From contig CAIJLV010000054.1 of NCBI GenBank assembly GCA_903821635.1, positions 564 to 64,563 on the forward strand: a stretch of 64,000 bases of DNA, in the 5' to 3' direction. Numbering within the stretch: position 1 is the first letter of the stretch; every line of letters begins with the position of its first letter. Of the stretch, positions 47,901-56,895 are shown in pieces. Below the pieces are notes generated by a model. It did not search any database. It had not been told where the DNA came from and worked only from the letters and a program-made list of their open reading frames with translations. The stretch is from an uncultured Verrucomicrobiota bacterium (GTDB lineage Bacteria > Verrucomicrobiota > Verrucomicrobiia > Limisphaerales > UBA9464). Both the position numbers and the translations under genes were made by a program.

Positions 47901-50896
47901 TTTTGCGCGCCTCGGTGGCCAGCTCTGAATTTCAGCCGATGTTGTTCCTTGGTCGCGGCCGATATCCCAGCTTCCAAAACCTGAATTTCCAAAACACCGG
48001 CTTTTGGGAGCCCATTTTCGCCGAAGTTACCGCCGGTGAAACTTACACCATGGTGATCGGGGCGGGGCGATTTGGCGCCTCCGAGGGAGAGTTTCGGCTG
48101 GAATTGGAAATGATCGATCTGCCACCGCGACCCGCCAATGACCGTTTCGCGGAGCGCCTTCCGGTAGGCACCAATCGAGTGGTTCAGGTGGTTGATCTCG
48201 CGGCCGCGACGCGGGAGTCCGACGACCCAGATTTTGTCACCACCCAGCCCAACGGCAGCCTATGGTGGGAATTGCTCGCGCCGACGGCGGGCCATTTTGT
48301 GGTGAACACGACTCCGTGGGTCGAATTCTTAGCCTACCGTGGCAACGTGCTGGCCCAACTTGTTCCGGTGGAGCCGCAAGTCAGAGAGCATCCGGCCGTC
48401 ATCGAGGTGGTTGCGAACGAACCCGTGCAATTGTTGCTTTATGGTCCGAGGTTTGTGTCCACCACCAACGAGCTGAGGATCTATTTTGTCCCCGCGGGGG
48501 TTCCCAATGACGCCTTCGCCAACAGTCAGCGGTTGGAAGGGACCAACTTGGTGGCGGATGGGTTTCTGCTGGGAGCCACCCGTGAACCGGGCGAACCCAA
48601 TCACGCGTTTCCCGCCAGCTCGGACCCTCTCAGTGGCGAGTCCGCTTGGTGGTCTTGGGCGGCGCCGTTCACCGGCAGGGCGACCTTGCGGTTTGGCTTC
48701 GGCGATTTGCATTGGGTAGGCGTCTATCGGGGGCCCGAGGTTGGTAGACTGACCCGGGTGCCGGGGTATCGCAATTCGGGGAGGCACGTCTTCACCGCAG
48801 AAGCGGGTCAGATTTATCATTTCGGGGTGGAGCGACTTAACGGTGCGTCCGGACTGGTCGACTTGAAGCTCGCCCTAGAGCCATTTACCGAGACCGTAAG
48901 CGACCACTTTGAACAAGCCATCCGGCTCACGCCCGCACAGCCCGAATCCCGGCAGAGTATCACGGATGCCTCCCGGGAGCTTGGCGAACCGGTCCATCAT
49001 CCGGGACTCTGGGGCAAGACCCTGTGGTGGCGGTATGTCATGCCGCAGAATGCCGACATGTCCGTCACCGTCGGGGAGGTCACGCTCAGCGACGTGGCCG
49101 TGGCGGTCTATTCGGGGACATCGGTCAGGTCACTGATTCAGCAAGCGCGCGGCACGGGCTACCTCCGGTTTCCCGCCGTGGGCGGTCGGGAGTATTACAT
49201 CGTGGCGGAAGTGCCCGCGGATGCGGTCGGCGACGTTGAGATCAGGGTCAATGCGCGAGCCAACCCCGGGGGATTGGTTTCGGTGGCCGGCAACTTGGTG
49301 CGTAATCCCAGCTTCGAGGAGTTGGAGGACGCCCTGCCGGGCAAGGACTGGGCCATCGAGCCCGGCTATGGCGGCTACGTCGGGGCTTCGGCACCCGGGG
49401 CGGCCGACGGCGCCAACTTCATCCAAATCGGCGGCGCGGCGACGGTCCGGCAAACCGTGCCCACCGTGGCCCAGCGCGTGTATCGGCTCCGGTTCGCCGT
49501 CCTAGGTGCCAGCGGCACAGGCCTCGCCACCGTGCGGGCCCTGATGGACGGAGTGCTGGTCGGTCAGGCCTCGTTTCCCACGGCGTTCTCTGAAGATTTC
49601 TGGCATTGGCTCGAATTTGTAGTCACCGCCCCGGCCGACCACTGCCTGCTGTCGTTGGAGACCGCCGGTGAAGCGGTCAGTTTGGATGCGATCAGCTTGG
49701 TCTGGCTTAACGAGCCGCCCCGGCTAATCACCGTGCCCCAGGCTGCCTTTGCGTATGTCGGAGGCGCAGCTTCATTTGTGGCCGGAGCGAGCGGATCAGA
49801 GCCGCTGGCTTACCGCTGGTTCCATGACGGACAGCCAATCCCCGACGCGAACCGTCACGTGCTGGTGCTGGATCCAGTGACTGCGGATGCGGCCGGGGAC
49901 TATCATGTGGAGGTTGGGAACGGCTACGGGATGGCGGCGAGTTCCCGGGTCAAGTTGCAGGTCCAGTCCGTGGCCAGTCCCCAGATCGTCCTGCAACCGC
50001 AGGGTGAAGCCGTGGTGTTTGGCCAATTTCTTTCTTTGTCGGTGTCCGCGGTGGGGCCATCGCCGCTGACCTACCGCTGGCTCAAGGATGGCGTGGCGTT
50101 GCCGGGGGCGACCAACCGAAGCCTGACGCTCACCAATGTGAGCCCGACCGACCTCGGGGAGTATCGGGTGATCGTGGGCAGCTATGCCGAAACGACCGAG
50201 AGCCTGCCGGCTCTCGTGACCGCCGCGCCTGAAGCCGCGCCCGAAGCCGAACTGGCGTTCCAGTTTGCCCCGTTCAGTCCGATTCCTGAGGCCCAGCTTG
50301 ATGCGTATGTGTTCGACCTAGATGGGGTGACCCGCCTTCGCGGTAGCCAGTTTGTCGCCCAGCTTTATGTCGGGCCGGATTTGGAATCGCTTCGCCCAGT
50401 CGGGGCTCCGCGCCGTTTCATGGATGGGTTCCAAGAAGGTCGATGGCAGTTCGGTCTGGTGAATCTGCCCAATGTCCAGATGGGTCAGCCATTTGTCGCC
50501 CAAGTGCGCGCTTGGGATTCATCGAAGGCGGCCAGCTACGAGGAAGCCAGGGCTTTGGGGATGCGCTTTGGGCGATCCAAGCCGCTCGCCCTGACCACCA
50601 GCAATCCGCCGTTGCCCAGTGAACTCCTGCTTACGGGACTGGAATCATTCAGCCTGCAGCTCGGCCTGCCCGATTTCACGGTGGGTCGGGTTGAAGCACA
50701 GTTAGAACCGGGAGGCGGCCAATTGAAGTTCCGGCTCACGGGAGCCAAAGGCTTTCGTTACCTGCTCGAACGGCGCTTCGAGGGCGGCAACTGGAGGCCA
50801 GTCAATGTCTTCGAAAACTTCCCGGGTGAACTGAGTTTCACCGTGCCGCTGGCCGAAGGTAGCGCCGCCTTCTTCCGGGCCCGCATCTTGGACTGA
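44924..50896 (+). CDS. Giant secreted protein: about 9 PxND (PPC-like) repeats, Ig-like domains, CBM/DUF642-like module
   Basis: Signal peptide; repeats PxNDxF...GEP.H...SxWWxW...VYxG...YxI; GNLVRNPSFEE module; two I-set-like Ig domains (YRW...GDY/GEY). Confidence 0.85.
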   Translation: MPLHSRTFLPPRLVFLAGLLLLLFPAQAQVFTDHFTNAPLQLGLTFTVSTNNRAASAEAGEPAHLGGSARRSLWAAWRPALGGHARISVAASSPGLRVGVYTGDALTNLSLVTGLSRGTTNELFFVAQPETTYRLLVDAVPNTPGTTFTFAASLARIILEEPDPQIRLRAPTNLTLRVAPAPGDSLESVELFARDQRLALLLAPPFAQSVALDQPGPVRIRAVATNAAGVRLEAHELEVVVRPANDDIEDAIEIPSNVLRGKLRGDALWASAGLGDRTVIPPLQSLWWRWSPRFAGWAELSLPEPSPAQSVWLRQGPTVTNLTPAISPMDSTGSKQTRVFVSPDPAQTLWLNLAGRPSGGAAPVELHFELLTLEFDPPPTGGLPTGPIALRWKLADTNLVLERLELLVDGVPALAADLASREFVWLPDKGGALKLSLRGRDGEGNEHFSAATQIFLPSLNDNFATPDVLPPDLTRHSWTNRDGLLTREELEPPHGEGIFNPIASAWWSWTPTRSGVAQWQVHAPDLHLAIMAVYLGDSFTNLTVVGRNSGPRRFADRVIFPVEAGRTYRLVLDGASQTGQRVAEATLSHHPAGLDGMLAAGDLALGLTNRLRVVTRTPGITPASAKFFLDDVLLGEVAGPLPVLEWLGTGRGPHSLSALVTTDTGESFTTPSYPVYVAPVNDLRRNALSLPETVTWSYEGDHGQATWEFNETEGWGEGGSVWLRWQAPATRGYAFRVTGGPDTRFYVFGGDDFGASWLVNRLPTGGGEGVVDLHGEYATYFQIAGPWTNGLPSPFRIERLTTPPNDDFAQAVVLTGPTVEFAATNQFSTTEDQELSGLRGSLWWRWTAPATGDVTIQADDSDCSVGVAMFRGEEWSQLRKLGETMPLVTFQPDGTKNSGLSTTFRVFAGQTYHLALGPDWQGGPLNGVIRARLGLQPLPDLPPNDEPDQPTVLTGPLVSVTTHNRQTLGDEWVGAIPLQHTVWFEWTAPSTGVLRASVASSEFQPMLFLGRGRYPSFQNLNFQNTGFWEPIFAEVTAGETYTMVIGAGRFGASEGEFRLELEMIDLPPRPANDRFAERLPVGTNRVVQVVDLAAATRESDDPDFVTTQPNGSLWWELLAPTAGHFVVNTTPWVEFLAYRGNVLAQLVPVEPQVREHPAVIEVVANEPVQLLLYGPRFVSTTNELRIYFVPAGVPNDAFANSQRLEGTNLVADGFLLGATREPGEPNHAFPASSDPLSGESAWWSWAAPFTGRATLRFGFGDLHWVGVYRGPEVGRLTRVPGYRNSGRHVFTAEAGQIYHFGVERLNGASGLVDLKLALEPFTETVSDHFEQAIRLTPAQPESRQSITDASRELGEPVHHPGLWGKTLWWRYVMPQNADMSVTVGEVTLSDVAVAVYSGTSVRSLIQQARGTGYLRFPAVGGREYYIVAEVPADAVGDVEIRVNARANPGGLVSVAGNLVRNPSFEELEDALPGKDWAIEPGYGGYVGASAPGAADGANFIQIGGAATVRQTVPTVAQRVYRLRFAVLGASGTGLATVRALMDGVLVGQASFPTAFSEDFWHWLEFVVTAPADHCLLSLETAGEAVSLDAISLVWLNEPPRLITVPQAAFAYVGGAASFVAGASGSEPLAYRWFHDGQPIPDANRHVLVLDPVTADAAGDYHVEVGNGYGMAASSRVKLQVQSVASPQIVLQPQGEAVVFGQFLSLSVSAVGPSPLTYRWLKDGVALPGATNRSLTLTNVSPTDLGEYRVIVGSYAETTESLPALVTAAPEAAPEAELAFQFAPFSPIPEAQLDAYVFDLDGVTRLRGSQFVAQLYVGPDLESLRPVGAPRRFMDGFQEGRWQFGLVNLPNVQMGQPFVAQVRAWDSSKAASYEEARALGMRFGRSKPLALTTSNPPLPSELLLTGLESFSLQLGLPDFTVGRVEAQLEPGGGQLKFRLTGAKGFRYLLERRFEGGNWRPVNVFENFPGELSFTVPLAEGSAAFFRARILD

Positions 50897-50948
50897 ATTC
50901 TGCACAACAACTTTGCGGCGGGCGCATTGGTCCTGTCAGACTCCCGAG

Positions 50949-53399
50949 GTGAACTGTGTTCGGTTCCTTCGTGGCTTGCTGGCGTTGTCCTTCGCCGTGC
51001 CCGTCGCTTGGCGGGCCGACGCCGGAGAGCCTTCCCCAGAGCGTCTCGGTGATGCTTGGTCCGATCCGCGCAATCCCATCGTGCGGATTTTTTCAGGCCG
51101 GCGTCTGGACCTGTGGTCGCTGAAGCCGGGGGCGACCGTTGAACCACCGGCGACGGCGGTTCCGGTTGCCGGCCCGCTCGACCGTTTTGTCGCCGCGAAG
51201 CTGGAGGAACACGGGCTTGCCCTGTCACCGGAAGCGGATTCGCGCACGCTGATCCGCCGGCTGACGTTCGACCTCACCGGCTTGCCGCCCTCGGCCGAGG
51301 AGGTGGGGGCATTTGTGCGGGAATGCGCGCGGGAGAAATCAGAAAGCAGGAAAGCAGGAGAACGAGAAACCGGGTGGTCACGGATCAATCCTGCTTCCGG
51401 GGTCGAGGCCTCGCGCGCTTACGAACGCCTCGTGGACCGCCTGCTCGCCTCGCCGCGTTATGGCGAACACCAGGCCCGGCTCTGGTTGGACGTCATCCGT
51501 TACTCCGACAGCAACGGCTTCGACTGGGACGAGTTTCGTAAGCTCGCCTGGAAGTTCCGCGATTACACGATTCGCTCGTTCAACGCCGACAAACCGTTCG
51601 ACCAGTTCATCCGTGAACAATTGGCGGGCGACGAACTGCTGGCCGGTCCACCGCGCGACGAAGCGGAGCAAGACGCGCTGATCGCCACCGGTTATCTGCG
51701 GCTCGGTCCGCACGACAACGCCGCGCCGCTCTTCAACGAGCAGGACCGCAGCCGGGCCGAGCTGATGGCGGATCTGGTGGAGACCACCGGCAGCGCGTTC
51801 TTGGGGCTGACGCTGTCGTGCTGCCGGTGCCACGACCACAAATACGATCCCCTCTCGCAGGCGGATCATTTCCGGCTGCGGGCGTTCTTCGAGCCGGTGA
51901 AGTTTGCGGACGATCTGCCGCTCGATTTGGCGTCGGAACAGGCCGAAATCCGGCGGCACAACGAAGCGCTCGACGGCCAGGTGGCCGGTATGGAAAAGCC
52001 GCGTGATGAACTTCTCGCGACCGTGAAGGCCCGGCTCCGGGCGGAACGCATGGCCCAGCTCACCGCCGAAGAAAAGGCCCTGCTGGAGCTGCCGAAGGAA
52101 AAGGTCGCCGCCGACCTCAAGGGTAAGGTCGAGGCCGTCCGCAAACAGGCCGAACCCAGCGACGAAGAGGCGAAGGCCGCGCTCACGGGCGACGAGAAGG
52201 AACGTCACACTGGGTTGGAAAAGCGGATTGCCGAGGTGAAACGCCAACGTCGCGAGTTTGCCTTTGGGCTGCTCATGACGGACCGGGAAGGCCCACCGCC
52301 GGTGACGAAGATCCTGTTCCAAGGCAATCATAAGCAGGAACGCGAGCCGGTGGCGCCGGGCTTCCTGTCAGTCCTTGATCCCAATCCCGCGGCCATCCGC
52401 TCGGCCGCCACCACGAATACTTCCGGCCGCCGGACCACGCTCGCGGACTGGATTGTCGCGCCCACGAATCCGCTGACCGCACGCGTGTTTGTGAACCGCG
52501 TGTGGCAACAGCACTTCGGCCAAGGTTTGGTGGAAACAGCCAACGACTTCGGCCTCGCCGGTGCGCCCCCCACGCATCCCGAGCTGCTCGACTGGCTCGC
52601 GAATGAGTTCGTCCGCGGTGGTTGGTCGGTGAAGCGGTTGCACCGGCTCATCGTGTTGAGCGCGACGTATCGGCAGGCTTCCGCGGTTGGCGCGGCACCG
52701 ACGGAGAATCTGGAAAGCAGGAAAGCAAGAAAACCGAATAACGAGACCAGCGGGTCCTCCGCTTCTCGCGTTTTCGCGTCTTCGGATAACGCCGCACGTT
52801 CGGACTACGAACAGGATGCCGGCAACCAGTGGCTCTGGCGGCAGAATCCGCGCCGGCTTTCCGCCGAACAGTTGCGTGACACGCTGCTGGCGACCGCCGG
52901 TTCGCTGCAATTTCGTCCCGGCGGAACGCCCGTTTGGCCCGACCTGCCTCCGGAAGTGCTCCAGGCGAATCCGGCGTTCCTCGACGATAACGAAACCAAG
53001 ACCAAGGGGTGGTATCCGTCACCGAAAGCCGAGCAGAATGTTCGCAGTGTCTTCCTGGTCCAGAAGCGCACCGTGCGCGTGCCGTTCATGGAGACGTTCG
53101 ATCTTCCGGAAAACTCGACGTCCTGCGCCCGCCGCACGGAATCGATCGTCGCCCCGCAGGCGCTCTCGCTGCTGAACTCCCCGCTCGCCGTCGAAGTGGC
53201 CAACGCCTTGGCGGCCCGGGTTCGGCGTGAAGCCGGCGAAGACGCTGCGCAGCAGGTGGCGCGGGCTTTCCAATTGGCGCTGCAACGTTTGCCGGCGGCG
53301 GAGGAGCGGACGGCGTGCCTTCGCCTTCTCGAAAAACGCAGTTTGCCGGAACTTTGCCGGGCGCTGCTCAACCTGAACGAGTTCGCCTACGTGGATTAA
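50949..53399 (+). CDS. DUF1549/DUF1553 protein lacking the N-terminal cytochrome c domain
   Basis: LIRRLTFDLTGLPP, WLDVIRYSDS, CCRCHDHKYDP, NPLTARVFVNRVWQ, PQALSLLN. Start uncertain (50913 or 50949). Confidence 0.9.
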   Translation: MNCVRFLRGLLALSFAVPVAWRADAGEPSPERLGDAWSDPRNPIVRIFSGRRLDLWSLKPGATVEPPATAVPVAGPLDRFVAAKLEEHGLALSPEADSRTLIRRLTFDLTGLPPSAEEVGAFVRECAREKSESRKAGERETGWSRINPASGVEASRAYERLVDRLLASPRYGEHQARLWLDVIRYSDSNGFDWDEFRKLAWKFRDYTIRSFNADKPFDQFIREQLAGDELLAGPPRDEAEQDALIATGYLRLGPHDNAAPLFNEQDRSRAELMADLVETTGSAFLGLTLSCCRCHDHKYDPLSQADHFRLRAFFEPVKFADDLPLDLASEQAEIRRHNEALDGQVAGMEKPRDELLATVKARLRAERMAQLTAEEKALLELPKEKVAADLKGKVEAVRKQAEPSDEEAKAALTGDEKERHTGLEKRIAEVKRQRREFAFGLLMTDREGPPPVTKILFQGNHKQEREPVAPGFLSVLDPNPAAIRSAATTNTSGRRTTLADWIVAPTNPLTARVFVNRVWQQHFGQGLVETANDFGLAGAPPTHPELLDWLANEFVRGGWSVKRLHRLIVLSATYRQASAVGAAPTENLESRKARKPNNETSGSSASRVFASSDNAARSDYEQDAGNQWLWRQNPRRLSAEQLRDTLLATAGSLQFRPGGTPVWPDLPPEVLQANPAFLDDNETKTKGWYPSPKAEQNVRSVFLVQKRTVRVPFMETFDLPENSTSCARRTESIVAPQALSLLNSPLAVEVANALAARVRREAGEDAAQQVARAFQLALQRLPAAEERTACLRLLEKRSLPELCRALLNLNEFAYVD

Positions 53400-53455
53400 G
53401 GCTGGGCGGGGAAAAGTGCTTGTGACGTGGGTGTGGCGTGATGTATGTGTAGCGC

Positions 53456-53848
53456 ATGAAGAAGCCGGTGAAGTATTCGAGCGCACCACCACCGCCGGAT
53501 GTCCTGCGCGATGTTCCCGGGCCGACCCTCGGGGGCGACGAGGCGGCGGGCATGGTCCGCACCCAGATTTACCTTACTCGGGCCGAGCACGGTTTCATTG
53601 CAGCCGAGGCCGCGCGCCGGGGTGAACCAATGGCGGCGGTGATCCGCGGCTACATTGACGACAAGATGCGGCTGCCGGACTCCGCGTGGGCTACCAATCC
53701 CATGCTGGAGCCCACGCCGACGGATGCCGGGCTGGAATTGCCGGAAGATGCGGCCATCAATCACGACCACTACCTCTACGGGGCGCCCAAGAAGTATGTG
53801 AAGAAACGGGGGCAGTGGGTGTTGGCCGAACCGGAGGCGGGGCGCTGA
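53456..53848 (+). CDS. Putative antitoxin with CopG/RHH-like DNA-binding motif
   Basis: MVRTQIYLT...EAARRGEPMAAVIR and NHDHYLYG; stop overlaps the PIN-gene start (TGATG). Confidence 0.75.
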   Translation: MKKPVKYSSAPPPPDVLRDVPGPTLGGDEAAGMVRTQIYLTRAEHGFIAAEAARRGEPMAAVIRGYIDDKMRLPDSAWATNPMLEPTPTDAGLELPEDAAINHDHYLYGAPKKYVKKRGQWVLAEPEAGR

Positions 53849-54258
53849 TGCACAGCCACCGGGTCTTCCTCGATTCGTCGTTCTGGATCGCCTTCCGCGA
53901 TGCGCGCCAGACGCATCACGCCCGGGCGCGCGACTGCATCGCGGCGCTGTTCCGGGAGCGGACGCATTTCGTGAGCACGCCGTTCGTGTTTGCCGAGACC
54001 CATGCGACGTTCGCCCGGTCGCAGGTGGTGCGGGAGAAGATCATCGCCGATTTCTGGGAGAACCCGCTGCTGCATTTCGCGGAGGTGACCGACGCCGACC
54101 ACCGCGCGGCCATCCAATTGCTGCGGCAGCACGCGGACAAGTCGTATCCCTTCTGCGACGCCATTTCGTTTGTCGTGATGCGGCGCCTTGGCGTGAAGCG
54201 GGTCGCCGCCTTTGACGACCACTTCCGGCAGGTCGGCGGGTTCGAGGTCATTGGGTAA
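53848..54258 (+). CDS. vapC: PIN-domain toxin (VapC family)
   Basis: VFLDSS, E, FCDA, AFDDHF acidic tetrad. Confidence 0.88.
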   Translation: MHSHRVFLDSSFWIAFRDARQTHHARARDCIAALFRERTHFVSTPFVFAETHATFARSQVVREKIIADFWENPLLHFAEVTDADHRAAIQLLRQHADKSYPFCDAISFVVMRRLGVKRVAAFDDHFRQVGGFEVIG

Positions 54259-54279
54259 TCAGGGAGTCCCCTGCGCGTT

Positions 54280-55785
54280 TCACGGCGCCTTGGCGTCTGG
54301 TCGCGGCCTAAGCTTGCCCGCGAGCGTCACTTCAATCCGCCCGTCTGGCAAAACCGTCGGAGTCACCTCCACGACCACGACGTCCGGCAGGTCATCGCTG
54401 CTGATTCCCACCGCTGCCTGCTGTCCGTCGCCGGTCGTAATCTGGGCGGATTGTAGGGTTTCGATGTCTTTTCGTTGGAACAACCGGTCGAACATTTCCT
54501 GAACCTGCGCCGTGGCCATCATCTCATGCGCTTCTGGGTCGTCGCTAGTCGCGAAGCGGCCCAACCCGAACTCGGTTAACGTTCCTTCCGGGATCTGCGT
54601 GATCCTGGATTCGACATCCACGACTGATTTCCCGTCGTCCTGACGCGTTACCGGCGTCAGGAACAGCAGAGCGCGCCGTCCCTCGGACCAATTCCATCCG
54701 CCAACGACCATGGTTGCTCCCGGTGGGACTTGTGTTCGGACGTTGGTGATCAATGGCGGGCCCGGCCTGTTATCGGGGTTGGTGTCGGGCTTGGCCTCGG
54801 GCCGTGCCGATGGTTTCGCGGTTTGCCGTCGTAGGCGAGCCACCTCGCCGCGAAGTCGTAGCAGTTCCGCGCGCGAATCCTGCGCGGCCGCGAGTTCGGC
54901 GTCCTTTCGGGCGGCGAGTTGCTGGGCGTCGCGGAGGGCGGTGGATTGTTCCGCCAACTGGGCGGTCAGGGCGGATTGATCGGTCCGCAGCCGTTCCAAG
55001 TGCTGTTGTTGCACGAGCAGGGCCGTGCCCAGCAGGCCGAAGCCAACGACGACTGCACCGATCTTGAGTTTTGTGGAAGCCATGAGGGAAAGGAGTCCGA
55101 AGGTGGAGGCTGTAATGGCGCCGGCAGCCGCCGCGCCGGCCGCGATGTTCGCGGCGAGTCCCGCCGGGGCGGCGACCACGGCGGGTCCGCCCAGTGCGAG
55201 AGCGAGGGCCGAACCGGTCGAGGTAATCCCGCGCTTGGCCAGTCGCCCGCGTAGTCGGTCGAGTGCCCGCTCCACCCGCATGCGGGCGGCGTTTTCGCTT
55301 AGGCCCAACCGGGCGCCCACGTCAGCGAAGGGGCGATGCTCAAAATGGCGGAGCAGCAGGGCGACTCGGTCGGCTTCAACCAGCTCGTGCATGGCCTCGT
55401 CGAGCACCGGGGCGAGGCGGCTCCAATCGGCTTCGGGATCGGTGGAACGATGGGATTCCTGCATGGCGTGGGTCTCCCGTTCGCGGCGTTGACGGCGTGA
55501 TTCGTCGCGGACCTGCCGAACGGCTAGGCGGTGGGTCGTCGTGTAAAGCCAGCCAACCAACGCCGGATGCCGGGTAAGCCGACTCGCTTGGCGGGCAAGT
55601 TCGGTGAAGACCCCCTGCGCGATGTCCGCCGCGGCGGCGGAGTTGCCGCCGACCTGCCGTAGGGCGGCGGAATGGACGACATCCAGGTGGCGGCGCACCA
55701 GTTCCGCAAAGGCCGCCTCCGACCGCTCGTCCGCGTAGCGGCGAAGCAGTTCGGCATCGGTTGGAGTGGCGGCGGCAGGCATCAT
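54280..55785 (-). CDS. ECF sigma factor with transmembrane helix, coiled coil and C-terminal extracytoplasmic domain
   Basis: Sigma region 2 DAELLRRY...AFAELVRRH...GWLY; region 4 LDEAMHEL...SENAARMRVERAL; TM IGAVVVGFGLLGTALLV. Confidence 0.88.
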   Translation of the reverse strand: MMPAAATPTDAELLRRYADERSEAAFAELVRRHLDVVHSAALRQVGGNSAAAADIAQGVFTELARQASRLTRHPALVGWLYTTTHRLAVRQVRDESRRQRRERETHAMQESHRSTDPEADWSRLAPVLDEAMHELVEADRVALLLRHFEHRPFADVGARLGLSENAARMRVERALDRLRGRLAKRGITSTGSALALALGGPAVVAAPAGLAANIAAGAAAAGAITASTFGLLSLMASTKLKIGAVVVGFGLLGTALLVQQQHLERLRTDQSALTAQLAEQSTALRDAQQLAARKDAELAAAQDSRAELLRLRGEVARLRRQTAKPSARPEAKPDTNPDNRPGPPLITNVRTQVPPGATMVVGGWNWSEGRRALLFLTPVTRQDDGKSVVDVESRITQIPEGTLTEFGLGRFATSDDPEAHEMMATAQVQEMFDRLFQRKDIETLQSAQITTGDGQQAAVGISSDDLPDVVVVEVTPTVLPDGRIEVTLAGKLRPRPDAKAP

Positions 55786-55858
55786 CGTCACCAGCAAATG
55801 CCCGATGACGACGAAACCGCACGGGAAAAGTGCGCGGTGCCGGCGCGTGACCGGTGAG

Positions 55859-56848
55859 TCAGGCCGCCGTTGCACCGTCGTCGGCCAACTCGTCGACCAA
55901 CGTGGCCGCGGTGAGGGTTGCGCAGCCTTCGAGCTTATTGCCGAGGTAGGCGAACAGCGGGAGGCCGCGCTGACGTGCTTCACGGATGAGTCGGACCGTG
56001 GCGGCCCGCGCTTCCGGGAATGGCTCGCGCACGCGGTCAAAGGGCTGAAGCTGCTGCTCCCGTTCCTCGTAGTCGGTGCCCGGACGGGTGAGCAACCGAG
56101 CGCCCGCGAAGTGGGCGGTCCAGCAGCCGGGTTGGGTCAACTGCTCGTCGAGCGTCGGGCCGTCGGACCACTGGTTGAACAGGTAGGCCACGCCGTGCGC
56201 GGCCAACAGCGCGAAGAAGTCCGGGTGCAGGAAACTGCGGTTGCGCACCTCGACGCCGTAACGCCAGCCGCCCGGCAGGTCGCCGAGGAAATGGTCGAGC
56301 GCCGTCACGAAGTCGCGTCCGCGGGCGAAGTCTTGCACGTGGAAACGGGAGAACTCGAACATCACCAGCCCGACGGATTCCCGGATGGGCTCCAGCGAGT
56401 CGAGGAACTCCCGGCGGAACAGTTCCGCGTCGAGGAAGCCGGGATTGGGTTGGCCGCCCAGTTCGCTGTGGCGCGGCAACGGCGGGTAGCGCTTCACGGT
56501 GATGTGGTCGGTGACCTTGAGCGAGAAGCGGAAGTGCGCCGGCACCTGCGCGACGAGGCTGCGGGCGAACTTCTCGGTCGGGAACGTGTAGTAGGTCGCG
56601 TCCACGCCCACCGTTGGGAAGACGGTGGCGTATTCCTCCAGACAATGCTGCTGGAACCGGGTGTCCGAGAGTTTGCCGCGGTAGCGGTAGCGGTCCTCGG
56701 TGTAGAGCCCGCCAAGCCAGCCCGGATACTTCCAGGAGGACGTGCCGAGATGGATGCCTTGAGCCGAGAGCGCCGCCAGCTTCCGACCCAGTGAAGTGGG
56801 CCAGTGGTCGTCCGCCGGAGGCAGGAGCTGGGGCAAACCGTCGTGCAT
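55859..56848 (-). CDS. DUF72 family protein
   Basis: GTSSWKYPGW, LEEYA..FPTV, FRFSLKV, YGVEVRN, YLGNK. Confidence 0.88.
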   Translation of the reverse strand: MHDGLPQLLPPADDHWPTSLGRKLAALSAQGIHLGTSSWKYPGWLGGLYTEDRYRYRGKLSDTRFQQHCLEEYATVFPTVGVDATYYTFPTEKFARSLVAQVPAHFRFSLKVTDHITVKRYPPLPRHSELGGQPNPGFLDAELFRREFLDSLEPIRESVGLVMFEFSRFHVQDFARGRDFVTALDHFLGDLPGGWRYGVEVRNRSFLHPDFFALLAAHGVAYLFNQWSDGPTLDEQLTQPGCWTAHFAGARLLTRPGTDYEEREQQLQPFDRVREPFPEARAATVRLIREARQRGLPLFAYLGNKLEGCATLTAATLVDELADDGATAA

Positions 56849-56895
56849 CGTCGCCGTTGAATTTTCGAGAGCCGGGCCGAACTCGCCAGCCGGAA

